Both the position numbers and the translations under genes were made by a program. Shown one piece after another: positions 40,001-47,259 of a stretch of DNA of 64,000 nucleotides. Position 1 is the first letter of the stretch, and each line of letters begins with the position of its first letter. Origin of the DNA: Candidatus Poribacteria bacterium. Its GTDB lineage: Bacteria > Poribacteria > WGA-4E > WGA-3G. The notes under the pieces were generated by a model. It was not told where the DNA came from and did no database searches. It was given only the letters and a program-made list of their open reading frames with translations. The stretch spans positions 2,976,001-3,040,000 of the forward strand of contig OZ243938.1 of NCBI GenBank assembly GCA_965214095.1, in the 5' to 3' direction.

Positions 40001-43000
40001 CGCTAATAGAACTGTCCTGTCCGTTAAGTGAAGTGAGCGTTTCCATCTCTGTAATGGTAATAGTGTCACCCGATGATTTATTGAGGGCATCTTCTATTTT
40101 AGTGCGGAGATTGCTATCAGGGATATTGATACCTGAGGCTATTGATTCTTGTGTTCTATCTCCGATTTGTTCTATCTGCCAAGCATCGTTCTCAACGGCT
40201 TTTGCCTCGAATCGGTAGGTCTTACCGTTGACAGTTGAAATGACACTCATTGAATCGTTAGTAGATATTCTATTTACAACCGTGGCAAGCCAATCCGGTA
40301 ATCCCGGGATGTTCCATTGAGACCTACCATCAGCGATCACAGAGAAAACAGCGTCTGTGTCTGGGTAAGTGCAGCTTTCACCGAGAGTGAGAATATCACC
40401 GACCTTACATACACCTTTGTTGACGAGAACAATTGGGATAACCTCACTGATAACCTCTATAGGCAGATCTGCCGATTTGACAAGGGTATAACCGATATGA
40501 TTTCCAGGTTGACTTCGTAATGTGCCGATATTGACTGTGGTAGCATAGGTCGCACCGGGTGTGCGGGTAACGGTAAGCACTTCGCTTTCCATGCTACCTG
40601 CAGGTATTGTTAGGGTTGTTGCACCACCGCTAATGCTGCCATCGGTAACGCTAATCGGCAGCACCATCTTAAACGGTGCCCCCGTGGATACCACTGCCTT
40701 GAACTGCCCATCCACAACTTTTTCTAATGTGACAGTAAGAGGTAAAGGATCAACAGGGTTTTTATGGATATAGACCGTTGTCAGCAATGACAGACCAGAA
40801 AAGAGACCTTCTGGAATACTCGTCAACCGGTTTTCATGTAAATTTAATACCTTCAACGAAGACAATTCTGAGAACGCACCATTAGCTATACTCGTAATTT
40901 GGTTACGATATAAGGTGATATTATTCAAGTTGGACAGACCCGAAAATGTCTCCGCATCTATGGATGTTATCTGGTTCTGATGTAGGAAGAGACTCGTCAA
41001 CGATGGTAGACTGATAAAGACCTTCGCAGGTAGACTCGTTAATCGGTTGCCATCCAACCGCAGAGATTTCAGTGGGGGCAGACCAGATAAATCGTCCGAC
41101 ACTAAGGAGCTAATCTGGTTTCCATGTAGACTAAGTTCTTCTAACGAGGACAACTGAGAGAATGTATCCCCATCTAACGTCGTAAACTGATTAGCATACA
41201 GATTGAGATGTTTCAGAGCCGGTAGATCAGAAAAGATGTTAGCATCAAAGGTCGTAAACTGGTTGTTTTGCAGTTCAAATGATGTCAGTGACGACAGACC
41301 TTTAAAAACACCTGTTTCAAGTGAGTTTAACTGATTCGAACCAATAGAAAGTGACGTTAGTGATGATAAATCGGAAAATACGCCTTTAGGCAGAGCTGTT
41401 AACCGGTTGTTTGTTAGACTGAGGTAATCAAGTGCTATCAAACCATCAAAGTCGCCCTCTTTCAGTTTTGTGATATTCACACTACTAATGCTCAATCGAA
41501 CAATACCAGCAAGATGTGCTGCGGTTACATCGCTGGCAGAATTCACACTCGGCACCGCCGCAACAATTGCATCACGCACCTGCGGTGTGCGTTCGCTGAC
41601 GGGAGTGCTACCATCAGGAACAAGAATCGGCAGATCAGTAGATTTGACGAGTGCATATCCACTGTGATTTGATGGTAGGCTCGGTAATGTCCCGATATTG
41701 ACGGTAACAGCACCCGTTGTGCCGGGTATGGGCGTTACAGTAAGCACTTCACTTTCCACACTGCCTGCGGGGATCGTGATCGTTGTTACACCACCACTGA
41801 TGATCCCGCTAACGTTAAGTGGTAGGACAATATGAAAAGGTGCCCCCGTGGGTGCCACTGCTTTGAACTGACCATCTGCAACTTTTTGTAACGAAACAAG
41901 AAGAGGCAAAGGGTCAATATCCGAATTCGTAAAACTGAGTAAACTAAGCGATGTCAGCCCTACCAAGATTCCGTTTGGCAAAGAAGTCAATTTGTTGTTA
42001 TATAGATTAAGCTCCTCCAAATTAATGAGATTACCAAAGACACCATCGGGCAAAGAACTTATTTCGTTGCTAGGCAACCAAAGGTCTCTCAACATTGTAA
42101 GATTGTCAAAAATACCAGATGGTAAAGAACTTATCTTATTACGATTTAAATCAAGGCGTTCCAGCTTTGTAAGATTATCGAAAATACCAGATGGCAAGGA
42201 GTGAAAAGAACTACTATCCTCCATATGAAGCGCTGTTAATGCTACGAGATTGTCAAAAATATCATCTGGCAAAGAACGTAAATTGGAACCTTGCAGATTA
42301 AGGCGTTCCAGCTTTGTAAGATTATCAAAAATACCAGATGGCAAAGAACTGTAGTTGTTGAAATCTATTCCAAGGTCTCTCAGCTTTGTAAGATTTTCAA
42401 AGATATCAACTGGGAAAGAACTAATCTTGTTCTGAGCCAGACTAAGCGATGTCAGCGCAGTGAGATCGTCAAAGATATCATCTGGTAAAGAACTTATCTC
42501 GTTGTGAACCAGACTAAGCGATGTTAGCGCAGTGAGATTGTCAAAGTCGCCTTCACCTAGTGCTGTGATGTTCTCATAACTTATAGATAACCGAGTAATA
42601 CCAGCAAGGTGTTCTTCAGTAACATCTGCAGCAGAATTCACACCTGGCACCGCTGCGACGATAGCATCACGCACCTGCGGTGTGCGGTCACTCACAGAAA
42701 GGAATACGCTACCACCCAGTTCTGGGAACGCGAGCGGTAGATCAACGGATTTGACAAGGGAATAACCGGTATGATTTGCTGGTAGACTTGGTAATGTGCC
42801 GATATTGACTGTGGTAGTATCGGTTGCACCGGGGGTGCGGGTCACGGTAAGCACTTCACTTTCCACACTGCCTGTAGGTATTGTTAGGGTTGTTGCACCA
42901 CCCCTAATCCTGGCATCGGTAACACTCAGCGGCACCACAATATCAAAAGGCGCACCCGCGGATGCGACTGCTTTGAACTCTCCATCCAATACCTTCTCCA

Positions 43001-45605
43001 ATAATACAGTAAGCGGTATCGGGTTGACAGTGTTACGTTCCAAGCGAAGTGTTGTCAGCGACGACAACCCAGAGAAGATACCCGCGGGTAAGCTGCTCAA
43101 CGTACCAGAAGACAAGTCAAGAAACGTTAACGATGATAGACTGGAAAAGATACCATCTGGCAGGTAGGTGGGTTTAAGACCTGCCATGCTGAGACTCGTC
43201 AACGATGTCAACTGATCAAACACGTCAACTGGTAGGGAAGAGAGATTATAAATACGGTTCAAGTTGAGACTTTCCAACGATGTCAAATTGTCAAACACAC
43301 CATCTGGCAGGGAGGTCATGTCGTTTTGAGCAAGGTTAAGGAGTGTCAATGATGTTAAGTTGTCAAATACACCATCTGGTAGAGAGGTAAAAGTATTAGC
43401 AGGGGAAGCAGCATCCAAAATAAGTGTATTTAGCTGGGTCAACTGGTCAAAAGCTCCAGCAGGGATGGAAGTAATTCGGTGGAAACCTAAATTTAGACTC
43501 TTCAATGAGGTGAGACTAAGGACTGCTTCAGGGACTGAAGTAAGTCGTGTGTTGTAAAGACTGACACTTTCCAGCGTGTTTAGCCCATCAAAGATGCCGT
43601 CTGGTAGACTGACACCATTCCACCTGTCTATCTCAAGTATTCTCAGTGCGGTCAACCCCGAGAAATCTCCTATCTGAAGGTTAAGAGGTCCTTGTGTCTC
43701 AATCCCTGGGAGGTTAACTCTGAGAGTAGTAATTGCTGCAAGGTGTGCTTCGGTAACATCGTCAGCAGAATTCACACCCGGCACCGCTGCGACGATAGCA
43801 TCGCGCACCTGTGGCGTGCGTCCACCGAGTAAGCTTGGAATTGTGATATCAAGTTCTAAACTTCTACCAGCTGCCTCAATGGCTGCGACGAGCCTACGGA
43901 GCGGTCCGTAATCTGAAATAGAATTGCCAGACAGATAGAGGCTTGTCAGACTTGTCAAATCTTCAACTGCGGATACATCACTAATGGAATTATCTGACAG
44001 ATAGAGGCTTGTCAGACCCGTAAGATTATCAAATATGTCATCCGGTAACGTGGTTAACTGATTCCCAACCATACGCAGATCTGTCAACGAAGTCAGTCCA
44101 TCAAAAAGACCCGCTGGTAACGTCGTCAACTGATTGGAACCGAAGCGGAGCGTTGCCAGTGACGATAAGCCATTAAATATCCCCGGCGGTAACGTGCTTA
44201 ACTGATTTACACCGAATTGGAGCGTTGCCAGTGACGATAAGCCATTAAATATCCCCGGCGGTAACGTGCTTAACTGATTTACACCGAATTGGAGCGTTGC
44301 CAGTGACGATAAGCCATTAAATATCCCCGGCGGTAACGTGCTTAACTGATTATCATATAGGGTAAGTGTTGTTAGTGCGGTAAGTCCGCTAAAGATATCC
44401 TCTGGTAGACTCGTAAGTTGATTATCATAGAGACGCAGCTCCTCCAAACTGGTGAGGCCTTGAAAATCACCAGATTTTAGGGATGTGATGTTTCTATCAT
44501 TCAGATATAAGGTAGTAATTCCAGTAAGGTGGCTATCCGTGATTTCTGCGTAACTGGAAACATTCGGATCGTTTAGACGGACAACGGCGAGGATCGCTTC
44601 TGCTACCTGTGGTGTGCGTGCCCAGATTGGGATAAATACAGGCACTTCGGTAAATGTTAATGGCAGATCGGTAGTTTTTATGAGTGTATAGCCACTGTGA
44701 TCCTCTGGAAGCGGAGAGATACTTCCAATATCCACACTCACATTAGGTGTTTCATCACTTGTGCGGGTTACGGTAAGCACATCACTTTCCAAACTACCAG
44801 CCGGGATTGTAACCGATGTACCCCTATCCAAAATGAGACCATTTGTAAGAGTGAGTGACAATACAATATCAAAAGGTGCACCTGTTGGAATTACTGCTTT
44901 GAACTGTTCCGTTCCAACAATTTCTAATGAGACAGATAGGGACAAAGAACCATTGGTCTGACCTAAATTAACATTCCTAAGATTTGACAACCCATCAAAT
45001 ATTCCATCTGGAAGTTCTGTCAGTTGACTGTACTCCAGACGAAGAGTTACGAGATTTGACAACCCATCAAATAATCCATCTGGAAGTTCTGTCAGTTGAT
45101 TTCGATCCAGACGAAGAGTTACGAGATTTGACAATCCATCAAATATTTCATCTGGAAGTTCTGTCAGTTGATTTTGACTCAGATAAAGAGACTGGAGATT
45201 TGACAACCCACCAAATATTCCATCTGGAAGTTCTGTCAGTTGATTTTGACTCAGACCAAGAGTTATGAGATTTGACAACCCATCAAATATTTCATCTGGA
45301 AGTTCTGTCAGTTGATTACCATCCAGACCAAGATGGCGGAGATTTGACAACCCATCAAAGTCGCCCTCTTTCAGTTCTGTGATATTCTCATCAGCCACAG
45401 ACAAGGTAACAATACGAGCGAGGTGTACCTCAGTCACATTTGCAGCAGAATTCACACCTCGCACCGCTGCGACGATAGCATCGCGCACCTGCGGTGTGCG
45501 GTCACTCACAGGGGTAATGTCTGCATAACCTGTAAGATATGTTCCCAACAACATAAAAATTGTCACGAATATGGATACGATCTGACTTTTCTTTGAATTC
45601 AACAT
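34068..45605 (-). CDS. Giant secreted 3845-aa LRR/cadherin adhesin-like protein: nine capped LRR cassettes, internalin LRR, Big_1, five cadherins, Cys domain and C-terminal domain
   Basis: Signal peptide ending GYA; repeated PVSxRTPQVRDAIV cap, 24-aa LRRs and LEKVADGQFKAV domain; LDYE cadherins; NFPNPFNPETWIPY...TRKMLIRK; AAGGGAG SD. Confidence 0.92.
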   Translation of the reverse strand: MLNSKKSQIVSIFVTIFMLLGTYLTGYADITPVSDRTPQVRDAIVAAVRGVNSAANVTEVHLARIVTLSVADENITELKEGDFDGLSNLRHLGLDGNQLTELPDEIFDGLSNLITLGLSQNQLTELPDGIFGGLSNLQSLYLSQNQLTELPDEIFDGLSNLVTLRLDRNQLTELPDGLFDGLSNLVTLRLEYSQLTELPDGIFDGLSNLRNVNLGQTNGSLSLSVSLEIVGTEQFKAVIPTGAPFDIVLSLTLTNGLILDRGTSVTIPAGSLESDVLTVTRTSDETPNVSVDIGSISPLPEDHSGYTLIKTTDLPLTFTEVPVFIPIWARTPQVAEAILAVVRLNDPNVSSYAEITDSHLTGITTLYLNDRNITSLKSGDFQGLTSLEELRLYDNQLTSLPEDIFSGLTALTTLTLYDNQLSTLPPGIFNGLSSLATLQFGVNQLSTLPPGIFNGLSSLATLQFGVNQLSTLPPGIFNGLSSLATLRFGSNQLTTLPAGLFDGLTSLTDLRMVGNQLTTLPDDIFDNLTGLTSLYLSDNSISDVSAVEDLTSLTSLYLSGNSISDYGPLRRLVAAIEAAGRSLELDITIPSLLGGRTPQVRDAIVAAVPGVNSADDVTEAHLAAITTLRVNLPGIETQGPLNLQIGDFSGLTALRILEIDRWNGVSLPDGIFDGLNTLESVSLYNTRLTSVPEAVLSLTSLKSLNLGFHRITSIPAGAFDQLTQLNTLILDAASPANTFTSLPDGVFDNLTSLTLLNLAQNDMTSLPDGVFDNLTSLESLNLNRIYNLSSLPVDVFDQLTSLTSLSMAGLKPTYLPDGIFSSLSSLTFLDLSSGTLSSLPAGIFSGLSSLTTLRLERNTVNPIPLTVLLEKVLDGEFKAVASAGAPFDIVVPLSVTDARIRGGATTLTIPTGSVESEVLTVTRTPGATDTTTVNIGTLPSLPANHTGYSLVKSVDLPLAFPELGGSVFLSVSDRTPQVRDAIVAAVPGVNSAADVTEEHLAGITRLSISYENITALGEGDFDNLTALTSLSLVHNEISSLPDDIFDDLTALTSLSLAQNKISSFPVDIFENLTKLRDLGIDFNNYSSLPSGIFDNLTKLERLNLQGSNLRSLPDDIFDNLVALTALHMEDSSSFHSLPSGIFDNLTKLERLDLNRNKISSLPSGIFDNLTMLRDLWLPSNEISSLPDGVFGNLINLEELNLYNNKLTSLPNGILVGLTSLSLLSFTNSDIDPLPLLVSLQKVADGQFKAVAPTGAPFHIVLPLNVSGIISGGVTTITIPAGSVESEVLTVTPIPGTTGAVTVNIGTLPSLPSNHSGYALVKSTDLPILVPDGSTPVSERTPQVRDAIVAAVPSVNSASDVTAAHLAGIVRLSISSVNITKLKEGDFDGLIALDYLSLTNNRLTALPKGVFSDLSSLTSLSIGSNQLNSLETGVFKGLSSLTSFELQNNQFTTFDANIFSDLPALKHLNLYANQFTTLDGDTFSQLSSLEELSLHGNQISSLVSDDLSGLPPLKSLRLDGNRLTSLPAKVFISLPSLTSLFLHQNQITSIDAETFSGLSNLNNITLYRNQITSIANGAFSELSSLKVLNLHENRLTSIPEGLFSGLSLLTTVYIHKNPVDPLPLTVTLEKVVDGQFKAVVSTGAPFKMVLPISVTDGSISGGATTLTIPAGSMESEVLTVTRTPGATYATTVNIGTLRSQPGNHIGYTLVKSADLPIEVISEVIPIVLVNKGVCKVGDILTLGESCTYPDTDAVFSVIADGRSQWNIPGLPDWLATVVNRISTNDSMSVISTVNGKTYRFEAKAVENDAWQIEQIGDRTQESIASGINIPDSNLRTKIEDALNKSSGDTITITEMETLTSLNGQDSSISDLTGLETATNLTTLKLGNNAIVDISALANLTKLTELQLWDNQITTLSDLSGLTNLTTLYLWGNTVSDISDLSGLISLMQLRLGENSITNIGTVSNLTNLTQLYLNENTITDISAITGLTNLTELRIGSNTISDITPVQNLTNLEWLDMPNNQISNISAVQNLTSLVELYFQNNSVSDLSPLVGNTGLGESTEIDIRGNPLNYPSIYTHIPALQAKDVYIDFDNRVATTPVKISGDTQSGETGATLTQPFIVEVKDSGSVIFAGVPVTFAITAGGGTLSATNTTTDANGRAQTTLTLGDTAGTNTVSVSVPGVTQTITFTATATAPVVVYITPVGDRTSQVAQAILGVVRLDYPNVSTYAEITATHIASPTALYLNNKNITTLKSGDFDGLTGLEDLRLNNNQLTSLPSGIFSGLTALINLNLFNNQLSSLPDGIFEGLTSLTTIRLARNTVDPLPVTVSLEKVAEGQFKAVVPTGATFDFVLPITVSNGSITGDASSLTIPQGSTESETLTVTRTAGTTADVTIDIGTLPSLPRNHFGYALVKPDDLPLAVITSINTAPVFTDGTAITRTVTENTVATTNIGTPIAATDTENDTLTYTLSGTDASAFDIDSSTGQLKTKTTLDYETKNTYTVTITVSDGSLTDTITVTINITDIDEAVVVDPPTTNVAPTFTDGESTTRVVSENTAAGTNIGNPVNATDANNDTLTYSLGGIDAASFDVDSTTGQLKTEASLDYESKRVYSVTITAADDELSDTTTVIISVIDVNDTVLSSGFVPVADRTAQVRDAIVDAVPNVTDAATVTESQVAAITSLNLRSKGILSLKTGDFSGMIALTDLNLFRNQLSELPPGIFDGLTALSTLRLGDNVVDPLPLFVSLQSVGTGQFKAVITTGAPFSMVLPITVTDGSISSGITSVTIPQGRAESTSFTVIGTAAKVSFGTFPSIPQGHFGYTLTQFTVCNRTTEVADAIAAAVGVSDCSDVTEVDLATITRLDLSGSAITSLQTGDFDGMVSLRTLYLENNELTSLPNNIFDDLVSLTFLSLNENKLTTLPSGIFSKLTSLTHLDIFDNDLNSLPSSVFTGLSALTSLSLKNNELTYLPGDIFSGLSSLTSLSLSNNKLTSLTAGIFEGLTQLSQLHLSLNPNANTLLTLRISLQKVGTNSVKAVVPSGAPFTMTIPVQIENGVLAGGATTMTIPIGAVESQPLTITRTAGTVAAVTVDIGTALPRLPSNHNGYNLLKSRTLPLEVLPPLNSPPVFTEGASTTRTILENTAIGTNIGDAITATDVNTADTLTYTLSGTDAAAFDIDSTTGQLTTKVALDYETKNAYSVTLTVSDSIATGTIAVTINISNVNEAPVFAADSLTTHTVAENTVAGTNIGTAYSATDVDGDTLTYSLSGQDAAAFGIDTETGQLKTSAALDYETKTIYSVTITVSDGKLNTSITVTINVTNVDELPIDPEEVEEVSTNNAPVFTDGETATRTVVENTSSSVDIGLAVSATDADNDTLTYTLDGTDASAFDIDSSTGQLKTKAALDYETKTTYTVTITASDGSLTATIEVTINVTDVAEVVTSEDGTSTDTDTDENGESVTDTDTNNEPASTVGFTPVSERTSVIRDIIVRAAGVESAGDVTETHLASIKSLSYSGHSQPSLSTLKIGDFDGLTGLTALSMSDHSLSSLPDGIFDDLTSLTTLTLRGFWSNTPLSSLPTGVFDNLTKLTYLNIGYNSLSSLPDGIFDNLAELIEFWMFNNQVSSLPDGIFDNCTSLTALRLGGNGLSSLQADVFDNLSALSFLTLGSNSLSSLPEGIFDNLSALTSLFLHANGIVSFPDGIFDNLSALTYLNVYNNPIEDFEQLRRLKANNPGIEIFGVRIPEEDDNGAPALPAVPSETTLLANFPNPFNPETWIPYQLSTDADVTLTIYNMRGVVVRQLKLGQKAAGVYTSRSRAIHWNGRNQIGEKVAAGVYFYTLKAGDFTATRKMLIRK
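44090..44360. repeat. 72-bp coding tandem repeat with near-identical LRR units
   Basis: GGAGCGTTGCCAGTGACGATAAGCCATTAAATATCCCCGGCGGTAACGTGCTTAACTGATT three times at 72-bp period. Confidence 0.9.
44981..45360. repeat. 72-bp coding tandem repeat with ~48-bp constant and ~24-bp variable parts
   Basis: Units start GATTTGACAA at 44981, 45053, 45125, 45197, 45269 and 45341. Confidence 0.9.
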
Positions 45606-45908
45606 TTCAAATATCTCCCTTAAATCGTAGTTATGTCAATAATACGATTTTTTGGTAGTGAGTTTTAAGGTGTTCGTAGTCGCAATTCATTGCGCCTCGG
45701 ACATTCGCTGGTAGACAAGGTCCCCGAAACTCGTCTATTCAAAGTGTCAAATTAATTCTTAAATCTATTATTGTTACCCCTACACTCCGCAGTTATGGAT
45801 CTGGAAAATGGACATTTTTGACTTCTTTACCTAATATGTTGATGATTTTAGAATGTATCTCATTTAGATTTGCAATAGTGCGTTGTCCGTGATCATTTTG
45901 TCTTATCA

Positions 45909-46007
45909 TAGTAAATTATGAATAAAAGTTGACACTTTCGCCCCACGATAGGCGAGGTTTCCTAACCTCGTTGATGCAGAGTGTTAACGTGATTCCAAAA
46001 TCTACTA
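45909..46007 (-). mobile_element. 99-bp MITE family C, copy 2 (inverted relative to copy 1)
   Basis: Reverse complement aligns end to end with 33784-33882 (roughly 85% by eye). Confidence 0.75.
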
Positions 46008-46113
46008 TAATACGCTAAGTTGCTACAATACTTTGTGAATATTCAGCGTTTCTCTATTAGAAACGGTATATCTGTGTAAAAAAATCTTGTAAGTAGCAAC
46101 TTGAATTAAGGTA

Positions 46114-46142
46114 ATTATAATAAGTAGTCATATTAAAGTCAA
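46114..46142 (-). promoter_or_regulatory. Candidate sigma70 promoter for the 3845-aa gene
   Basis: Minus strand TTGACT-17 bp-TATAAT, ~500 bp upstream of ATG 45605. Confidence 0.55.
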
Positions 46143-46272
46143 TATTATTTAATATTGTATTATTATATTTTATTAGTTTAACATGACTTTTAATGACAAG
46201 TTATCATTTAGAAATGGTATAATAACCTAATGGAGTGTCTACACTAAAATTACGGGTATATGATTTTGAAGA

Positions 46273-46295
46273 GGGCGAGGTGACCTCGCCCCTAC
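46273..46295 (-). repeat. GTAG-type REP hairpin
   Basis: Minus strand GTAGGGGCGAGGTCACCTCGCCC. Confidence 0.6.
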
Positions 46296-46378
46296 GATCA
46301 TATTACCCTAAAAATAAAGGTAGACAGAACACTAAGTTGCTACCTAATAAATTGCTTTTAAATCCATGGGATTTTCTC

Positions 46379-46454
46379 CCGGTATTCAATGGAATCAACT
46401 CCGCAGACGGCGTAATGAACTCGATTGGTCTAACGTCTATAAATGACATAATCG
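46379..46454 (+). mobile_element. 76-bp relic of the IS5-family transposase
   Basis: 72/76 identity to 55144-55219, including a TGG-to-TGA change. Confidence 0.85.
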
Positions 46455-46615
46455 GAGAAATATGATCAATCTTTTTCTTCTTCATAGCTTAGGAAGGGGT
46501 ACCAATCTGTCTATGAAAAAGGCGGTTGAGGGGTTTATCTGCCGCATCGGGTTTTAATCTGAATGACAAAATTATCAGTCGGCGAGAATGGGCCTCACCA
46601 TCTAATCCTTATAAT

Positions 46616-47041
46616 TCAATCCGTGCACTCGGGATAAGCAACCAAAAAGTAAATATCTTCACCATTTGTTAAGACCGAAGTTATGCCATAATCTTCAGCA
46701 AAACTCTGACCTAATGACTGCGCCTCCGATAAATCAGTAAACGCAAATGTAAAGAATGGAACGATAAATACTTCACCGCCACAATTATCATCCTGCCACT
46801 TCAATATAGTTTTAATTACTAACTCTTTATCTTCTACACTATACACAAACTTTGGCACCCATGCCTCATTGCGAGAACCATCATATAAGAAGAATTCACC
46901 ATCCCGAAAAAATCCGTCTAAACCACTGTCAACCTCTTCCTCTGTAATGACTGGATCAACAATAACCTTTGTAGGCTCGCAACCAAATAACAATAATAAC
47001 AGGACTAAAGAGAAATATTTCATATACATAAAAAATTCCAA
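46616..47041 (-). CDS. Small hypothetical lipoprotein, intact copy; start probably 47023 or 47029
   Basis: MKYFSLVLLLLLFGC lipobox; duplicated at 21239-21663. Confidence 0.75.
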   Translation of the reverse strand: MEFFMYMKYFSLVLLLLLFGCEPTKVIVDPVITEEEVDSGLDGFFRDGEFFLYDGSRNEAWVPKFVYSVEDKELVIKTILKWQDDNCGGEVFIVPFFTFAFTDLSEAQSLGQSFAEDYGITSVLTNGEDIYFLVAYPECTD

Positions 47042-47069
47042 TCTTATATAGTAAAAACCATAATTATTT

Positions 47070-47259
47070 GAGGGGTGTGCATAAATATATTATGTGCCAA
47101 CATTGGCAGCGTCTCTCATCAAGTATTTCTTTATATGTAATTGTCCCCTTTGTGGTAGCATAATCTATTGAGACGTTTTGATCTTGTGGACGGCACGCGG
47201 AGCGTGCCTACTACTTTTAAGACTATCTTTGAGATTGCTTTTCTTTATGTACACTTCTC
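47070..47259. mobile_element. 190-bp MITE family B, copy 2 (decayed right TIR and TSD)
   Basis: GAGGGGTGTGCATAAA...TTTATGTACACTTCTC; flanks AATTATTT / AATTAATT. Confidence 0.8.

Noticed and set aside
44981-45360. CRISPR-like pattern of constant repeats with variable spacers
   Set aside because: The 72-bp period is in frame within an LRR gene, the spacers are homologous to each other, and no cas genes or leader are present
46235-46485. Short ORFs 46235-46465 and 46303-46485
   Set aside because: They run across a REP hairpin and the transposase relic in non-transposase frames; likely spurious
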